IMG/VR virus record: IMGVR_UViG_3300037070_008166
Span: 1 to 60,788 of that record
Length of the DNA stretch: 60,788 bases
Source of the DNA: a virus
Lineage: Duplodnaviria; Caudoviricetes
Direction: 5' to 3' (one strand)
Part shown: in pieces, positions 56,641 to 60,788 of the stretch
Layout of the letters: each line of letters opens with the position of its first letter
Position numbering within the stretch: position 1 is the first letter of the stretch
Position numbers and translations under genes: made by a program
The notes under the pieces: generated by a model
Database searches by the model: none
What the model saw: only the letters and a program-made list of their open reading frames with translations
What the model was told of the DNA's origin: nothing

Positions 56641-56925
56641 TTAGTTCCACTCCGTATCCATGATGGCGATGAATGTGAGGCATTCCATCGCCGCCTTGAA
56701 CGCATCCCGGGTGGCCGACGGGGCCGACCCGGAGTAATTGAACGAGTCCACGATCGTCCCGCGTGGTGCCAGATCCATCGGCTGTTTGAGAGACTGGTCG
56801 ATGAACGGCTGCCGCACCACGAGGAAGTGCGACGAGTTGTTGGAAACGATGAGCGCCTTGCCGTAGTCCGTGAGCACTTCGGCACAGGGTTCATACTTCG
56901 AGATTTCGATGGATGTGTTCGCCAT
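56641..56925 (-). CDS. hypothetical protein
   Basis: GAGG RBS; 94 aa. Confidence 0.6.
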   Translation of the reverse strand: MANTSIEISKYEPCAEVLTDYGKALIVSNNSSHFLVVRQPFIDQSLKQPMDLAPRGTIVDSFNYSGSAPSATRDAFKAAMECLTFIAIMDTEWN

Positions 56926-56935
56926 GAAGGCACCT

Positions 56936-57391
56936 CTACAGCGTGTAAACCGGGTTGAACAGCAAACGGAAGGCGTTCCAGGTCTCGCGGAGGTGGCCGC
57001 CCACCTTTTCTTCGACCCGTTCCGCCGGCCGCACCTTGTCCGCGAGCATTGCGTCCGCGTAGTTCAGGGACGCGGCCCGGCACTCCTGGCACGGTTCGTC
57101 ATCGTGAGGCGGGTCTCCTGCGTGACGATGGCACGCGTGTGGTTCATGCACGGCGATAGTTTCTCGCCGTTCAGCGTAGTCTTCCTTCGAGACAAGCTCC
57201 AGGTCGTCGTGCTCGCTGCGGTTGAGGTAGAACAGCTTGAACTCTTCGCCGAGCCCGTCGTAGCGGACCCGGAGCTCGTAGAGTTTGTTGCCGGTCCAAG
57301 AGCCGCCGTCCTTCATCGTGTAGGACAGCGTCCAGTAGGTCGTGCCGGTCTCGCGGCTCATCGCGATCTCCGGCTTGTCGAATCGAGTCAT
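56936..57391 (-). CDS. hypothetical protein (His/Cys motif)
   Basis: ATG directly after ribozyme C (MTRFDKPE...). Confidence 0.65.
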   Translation of the reverse strand: MTRFDKPEIAMSRETGTTYWTLSYTMKDGGSWTGNKLYELRVRYDGLGEEFKLFYLNRSEHDDLELVSKEDYAERRETIAVHEPHACHRHAGDPPHDDEPCQECRAASLNYADAMLADKVRPAERVEEKVGGHLRETWNAFRLLFNPVYTL

Positions 57392-57393
57392 AA

Positions 57394-57472
57394 GGCACCT
57401 CGTCAGGCCCGTCCATTCGGGCGACGCGACGAATCTGGATGGTGGCCAGATTCGTCGTGGGTTTCTAGCGCC
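57394..57472 (-). ncRNA. type II hammerhead ribozyme C
   Basis: GGCGC-UA-GAAAC-..CGACGAAUCUGG-CCACCAU-CCAGAUUCGUCG-C-GUC^-GCCCG-AAUGGA-CGGGC-CUGACGA-G-GUGCC; predicted cut 57423/57422. Confidence 0.85.
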
Positions 57473-57635
57473 GTGGGCAGCTGATGAGACCGATATGGTC
57501 CCAATCAGCAGGAATGAACGTGCCGGAGCGATACAAGAAATGCTCGGCTCGTTCACGAGTTTCGAACGTCGCAATCAGGTTCAGCGGTGCGACGCCTTGT
57601 CCGTTGTTCCAGTAGAGAATCCACGAGAGTTTCAC
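57465..57635 (-). CDS. small hypothetical protein
   Basis: GTG start with AGGAGG RBS; its TAG lies in ribozyme C. Confidence 0.6.
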   Translation of the reverse strand: MKLSWILYWNNGQGVAPLNLIATFETRERAEHFLYRSGTFIPADWDHIGLISCPRR

Positions 57636-57684
57636 AGGCCCTCCTTGAATGTTCCGTCTGGGAATACGAGCCAACGTCGCCGTT

Positions 57685-57825
57685 TCATCTGTCCTCCAGA
57701 ATGCGACGTTCCATCTCGTCGCGAGGGTCGGCATATTCGACGCCGTCATCGTCACCCTTCTCACGCGGGTCTTGCTCGATTTCCACGTCGTCGTCATCCG
57801 GTTGGTCTTCGCCAGGATATCTCAT
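57685..57825 (-). CDS. very acidic 46-aa peptide
   Basis: Not in track: MRYPGEDQPDDDDVEIEQDPREKGDDDGVEYADPRDEMERRILEDR; AGGAG RBS; ATGA coupling. Confidence 0.55.
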   Translation of the reverse strand: MRYPGEDQPDDDDVEIEQDPREKGDDDGVEYADPRDEMERRILEDR

Positions 57826-58367
57826 CGCACGCTCCTAATCTTGTTGGCTGCAGCGGTTCGCTGCCGTTCCCGTGTCAGCACGTCTTTCCACTCCCGCGTC
57901 TCGGCCTCATGCGGCCAGATTTCCGAGAGCGCACCATACATCAGCGGCCGGAGCTCAGCGAGCAGCCCCGGATTGGTCACGAACAGCCGGAAGATCTCGG
58001 CGAACCACTCGTTCGTGTTCGCCGCGTAGCTGGTGATAGCATCTTCACCTGTTTCCCGACGCAGCTGCGCCGAGATGGTGCCGGATTTCGCACCGTGAGC
58101 CCGGTCCACGTGATGACCGAGCTCATGCGCGAGCACGCCATAGGGCGTGCGGTCGATGACGTAGCCAGGGAACGACCACGCCGGACCGCCCGTCCCGATG
58201 TGCGCGCAGCGCTTCACGGAGATGTGAATCACGTTGTTCCGGTAGTAGGCGCAGGTCCCGAAGAACGACGTATCTTCTTCGATGATGACCGGCGGAGCCA
58301 CCTGATTCAGGTTGCACCACCGTTTCACGAGGATCTCACCCGCGTAGAACATGTCACGCTTGTTCAC
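57822..58367 (-). CDS. zincin-like metallopeptidase domain protein
   Basis: HELGH motif plus downstream 'ITSYAANTNEWFAE' third-ligand motif. Confidence 0.75.
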   Translation of the reverse strand: MNKRDMFYAGEILVKRWCNLNQVAPPVIIEEDTSFFGTCAYYRNNVIHISVKRCAHIGTGGPAWSFPGYVIDRTPYGVLAHELGHHVDRAHGAKSGTISAQLRRETGEDAITSYAANTNEWFAEIFRLFVTNPGLLAELRPLMYGALSEIWPHEAETREWKDVLTRERQRTAAANKIRSVR

Positions 58368-58569
58368 GCTTCACCTCCGTCCGGTCCACTTCGCGGAGAC
58401 CGTCGTCATAGCGGTCGGTGCGATACTTCTTGTCGAGCCGAATCAAAAAGCAGTCCCCGTCGATTCCCTCGAGCACGCCGTGCTCCTCCGGCCAATCCTC
58501 CGTCGGGTTGGCAGGGAGCAGCACGCGGTCACCGTCTTTCCAATCTTTGGTGCCAGATTTCTTGGTCAT
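58354..58569 (-). CDS. small SH3/KOW-like beta-barrel protein
   Basis: 'WKDGDRVLL....E.GV...I.G...LIRLD' pattern. Confidence 0.6.
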   Translation of the reverse strand: MTKKSGTKDWKDGDRVLLPANPTEDWPEEHGVLEGIDGDCFLIRLDKKYRTDRYDDGLREVDRTEVKREQA

Positions 58570-58733
58570 CGGTCGTTCCTCGCTTCCTCAGCCCAGACCT
58601 TGCGTTGACGTTCGAACTCGTCCGCCGTCACCTGCTTCGCCCAGCGTCGCCAGCACGGCGTATGAGCTGGGACACCAAGATACCAAGTGACGCCGAACGG
58701 TTTTCCACAGATGGCGCAGCGACGCGGTTTCAT
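58566..58733 (-). CDS. small zinc-finger protein
   Basis: CAICGK...HTPC. Confidence 0.55.
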   Translation of the reverse strand: MKPRRCAICGKPFGVTWYLGVPAHTPCWRRWAKQVTADEFERQRKVWAEEARNDR

Positions 58734-58737
58734 CGGA

Positions 58738-59088
58738 CTACCACGAGCCTTGCGAACGACGATTGACATCCAGACGGAGATCGGACAGGTGGTCGATTCC
58801 GTTGTCGACGTAGTCCAGCTTGTCCTCGAGGTCGCTGGACAGGTCGTGCAGGTTGTCGAGGCGACGGTCTTCCGCCTTGGACAGCGTGTTCACCGGGCTG
58901 TGGTCATCACCGGTCCGCGCTTCGAGCATCTCAATCTCGTTGTCGATGTCGACCATGAGGTTGTTCATCATGTTCGCGCCGAGGTTGAATGCCTTCATCG
59001 CCTTGTTGCGCAGCGCGATGCGAGCCTTGAGCGACATCGGGCGGAACTTTCGAGCGAAGCCGTGGTTACGACGAATGGACTTAGTCAT
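58738..59088 (-). CDS. coiled-coil hypothetical protein
   Basis: GAGGAGG RBS supplied by ribozyme B. Confidence 0.7.
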   Translation of the reverse strand: MTKSIRRNHGFARKFRPMSLKARIALRNKAMKAFNLGANMMNNLMVDIDNEIEMLEARTGDDHSPVNTLSKAEDRRLDNLHDLSSDLEDKLDYVDNGIDHLSDLRLDVNRRSQGSW

Positions 59089-59090
59089 TG

Positions 59091-59168
59091 GGAACCTCCT
59101 CAGGCCGGTTCATTCCGGCGATTGAGGGCGGATGGCTTGGTGCTACCATCCGCCCGATTTCTAGTTCC
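59091..59168 (-). ncRNA. type II hammerhead ribozyme B
   Basis: GGAAC-UA-GAAAU-C-GGGCGGAUGG-UAGCACCAAG-CCAUCCGCCC-UCA-AUC^-GCCGG-AAUGAA-CCGGC-CUGAGGA-G-GUUCC; predicted cut 59120/59119. Confidence 0.85.
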
Positions 59169-59400
59169 TGTCGAGCTCGACGAGTTTGCGAACCACATGC
59201 GGCCGGCCTTTGCCATTCACCAACTTCTTGGCCAGGACGTCCTCGGCGACCACACGGTCGTCGAACATGGCGACGTCGTCGGTCAGTTCCGGCGACCAGA
59301 GTATGTCGGTTGAGTCGTCGAGCAGATACGAACGCTTGGCTGCTCGAGCGCCGACGGGCACGAGGTCAGACACAATCACGTAGACGATGGACTTGTTCAT
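59161..59400 (-). CDS. hypothetical protein
   Basis: MNKSIVYVIV...; its TAG lies in ribozyme B. Confidence 0.6.
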   Translation of the reverse strand: MNKSIVYVIVSDLVPVGARAAKRSYLLDDSTDILWSPELTDDVAMFDDRVVAEDVLAKKLVNGKGRPHVVRKLVELDRN

Positions 59401-59543
59401 CGCTTGACCTCGATGACCTTTGAACCAGGGAAGAACACGAGAAGTTCTTTGACCGACGAGAACTTCATCACACCAGCTCCACCAACCGAAACACAAATCT
59501 GTCGGCCTTGGCGGTAATACTTCAGAGTCAGAGTCTTGGCCAT
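59397..59543 (-). CDS. small hypothetical protein
   Basis: Not in track: MAKTLTLKYYRQG...; AGGAGG RBS; ATGA coupling. Confidence 0.55.
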   Translation of the reverse strand: MAKTLTLKYYRQGRQICVSVGGAGVMKFSSVKELLVFFPGSKVIEVKR

Positions 59544-59650
59544 TAGTGAGCCTCCTGAGCAACGAGCCACCGAAAGGTGGCGAACCAGACAACCACACCG
59601 ATGAGCAGGTAAGGCAGCAGCGTTTCCATTTCAGTGACTCCATTGGAAGT

Positions 59651-59684
59651 GCCCGGCGAATCCTTGGTGCCAGATTCGCCGGGC
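59651..59684 (-). promoter_or_regulatory. stand-alone UGGCACCA-loop hairpin
   Basis: GCCCGGCGAAUC-UGGCACCAAG-GAUUCGCCGGGC, perfect 12-bp stem, no hammerhead core. Confidence 0.7.
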
Positions 59685-59693
59685 GAGGATGAA

Positions 59694-59891
59694 CTACGTG
59701 AGACGCAACTCCTTGACCATCGCGTCGAACTGCTTCTTGGTGCAGAACGACTTCTCTTCGACGGTCAGCTTGTTGTAGTTGAAGTCGAGCTCGATGAACG
59801 AGTAGCGCAAGAACTGGCGAACCACGTTCACCGTGACCAGCGTGACCGGGTGAATCAGCACGTCGCCGGTGATAGGCTTCATGTTATCCAC
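59694..59891 (-). CDS. hypothetical protein
   Basis: 65 aa, in operon. Confidence 0.55.
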   Translation of the reverse strand: MDNMKPITGDVLIHPVTLVTVNVVRQFLRYSFIELDFNYNKLTVEEKSFCTKKQFDAMVKELRLT

Positions 59892-60060
59892 GCTTCACCG
59901 CCTTCAGTGTGAAGACCGCCCGGGAGTAGGAGCCGTCGCGGTATCGCTTGAACGGCTTGACCTTGACCACTTCGAAGACCTGACCCACGCGGAACACCTT
60001 GAGTTCGTTCTTGCCGTCGCGCGTCCAGGCCATCTGCACTTGAAACCGTTTCGTATTCAT
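59884..60060 (-). CDS. small basic beta protein
   Basis: Not in track: MNTKRFQVQMAWTRDGK...; AGGAG RBS. Confidence 0.6.
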   Translation of the reverse strand: MNTKRFQVQMAWTRDGKNELKVFRVGQVFEVVKVKPFKRYRDGSYSRAVFTLKAVKRG

Positions 60061-60068
60061 GGTGGCTC

Positions 60069-60230
60069 CTAGAAGTTACGGACTCGCTCGTTGTGCCGCC
60101 GAGCCACGACACGCGCCATCTTGTCGAGCAGACTCGACGGCTTGGGCAGCTGCGACTGGGACAGCTTGTAACATGTGGAGCAGAGACCCTCGCGGGTGGC
60201 CTTCTTGATTTCACAGCAGTAGCATTTCAT
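60069..60230 (-). CDS. small zinc-finger protein (first gene of the minus-strand operon)
   Basis: MKCYCC...LCSTC; ATG directly after ribozyme A. Confidence 0.6.
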   Translation of the reverse strand: MKCYCCEIKKATREGLCSTCYKLSQSQLPKPSSLLDKMARVVARRHNERVRNF

Positions 60231-60231
60231 G

Positions 60232-60291
60232 GGAACCTCGTCAGGCCCGTTCATTCGGGCGAGGCCAGCTGGCGCCAGCCTTTCTAGTTCC
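60232..60291 (-). ncRNA. type II hammerhead ribozyme A
   Basis: GGAAC-UA-GAAAG-GC-UGGCGCCAGCUG-GC-CUC^-GCCCG-AAUGAA-CGGGC-CUGACGA-G-GUUCC; predicted cut 60261/60260. Confidence 0.85.
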
Positions 60292-60294
60292 ACG

Positions 60295-60715
60295 GCTTGC
60301 GAATCCGGTTGGGTGCCGAATTCGCGAGCCGCGTTGGCATTGTGTTGGCTTGTATGTGGAGGACTTGTTTGCTCTGAATCCCGTTCGCCTGGACCGGCAT
60401 GCGCGAGTTTCATCAGAGTGATTCGTTACGCGGTCGTTCAGACCGTTTCGCCGTTCGCCCGAAAGCGTTTCATCCCTCAGTCCCGTATCCGCCGCGTTGC
60501 GCTCGCTCGTTGCGACTGCATGGTGCCAGATTCGCGAAGCGCGCAGGAGGACCGGCTATCCCGAGGATACCAGCACTCGACGTAGGTTTCTGGGAGGCTC
60601 TTGATTCCCTTACCCGGAACGCTTTTCAGCTCCACCGTTACGGTGGCCGGTCTCAGGGCAATTCGGCGACTCCCCGTCACCCACGCCCGTTCGGCCCTAA
60701 CACGACGGCCCGAAC
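60295..60715 (-). ncRNA. candidate long structured leader/ncRNA
   Basis: ~420 nt with no credible ORF and many hairpins, including a UUCG loop and two GGCAC-loop hairpins. Confidence 0.45.
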
Positions 60716-60722
60716 TAGGCCA

Positions 60723-60728
60723 ATTATA
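60723..60728 (-). promoter_or_regulatory. putative -10 box (TATAAT) of early promoter
   Basis: Perfect TATAAT on minus strand just upstream of the structured leader; no canonical -35. Confidence 0.5.
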
Positions 60729-60788
60729 CCGCGCTGCCAGGCTGCTTGCTTGCTGCGTGGTGCCAGACGCTAACTCCTTTACTATCAA

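Noticed and set aside
50933-60291. Repeated intergenic elements as a CRISPR array or mobile-element ends
   Set aside because: Copies are 1-3 kb apart, separated by genes, and conserve pairing rather than sequence; no cas or transposase gene
60405-60420. CUGAUGA in the leader as a further hammerhead
   Set aside because: No flanking stem I, NUH and stem III arrangement could be built around it
46930-60768. TGGCAC motifs as sigma-54 promoters
   Set aside because: The copies checked lack the TTGC -12 element at the required spacing, and most sit in hairpin loops
1-60788. Stop-codon reassignment (alternative genetic code)
   Set aside because: Long conserved genes are intact under code 11, and TAG, TGA and TAA all end genes at sensible positions

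Overview
The window is a ~61 kb, GC-rich tailed dsDNA phage sequence (siphovirus-type gene order). It may be a complete genome opened at the terminase, but no DNA polymerase, primase or integrase is recognisable. The + strand (159-46925) carries the late operon: terminase, a giant portal fusion, prohead protease/scaffold, capsid, neck genes interrupted by a sugar-biosynthesis/glycosyltransferase cassette, tail tube, frameshifted chaperone, tape measure, tail tip, lysis genes and many putative virion/fibre or secreted proteins. The - strand (47060-60230) is a presumed early operon of small ORFs plus an ATP-dependent DNA ligase, a UvrD-like helicase and a zincin-like protein. Two systems stand out. 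(1) Five intact-looking type II hammerhead ribozymes plus one decayed copy punctuate the early operon. They show covarying stems, carry the downstream gene's Shine-Dalgarno in the CUGANGA core, and in at least three copies carry the upstream gene's UAG stop fused to the GAAA core; their stem III shares a conserved UGGCACCA-loop hairpin that also occurs on its own. (2) The portal and protease are polyproteins. The portal carries a 2H-phosphoesterase (Acb1/LigT-like) and two ADP-ribosyltransferase-like cargo domains, and cargo domains in both proteins are introduced by a repeated GGPGSG(H/N)(H/F)GHxGRPGEVGGS peptide and flanked by putative protease sites. All calls are from reading motifs by eye; no database searches were run.
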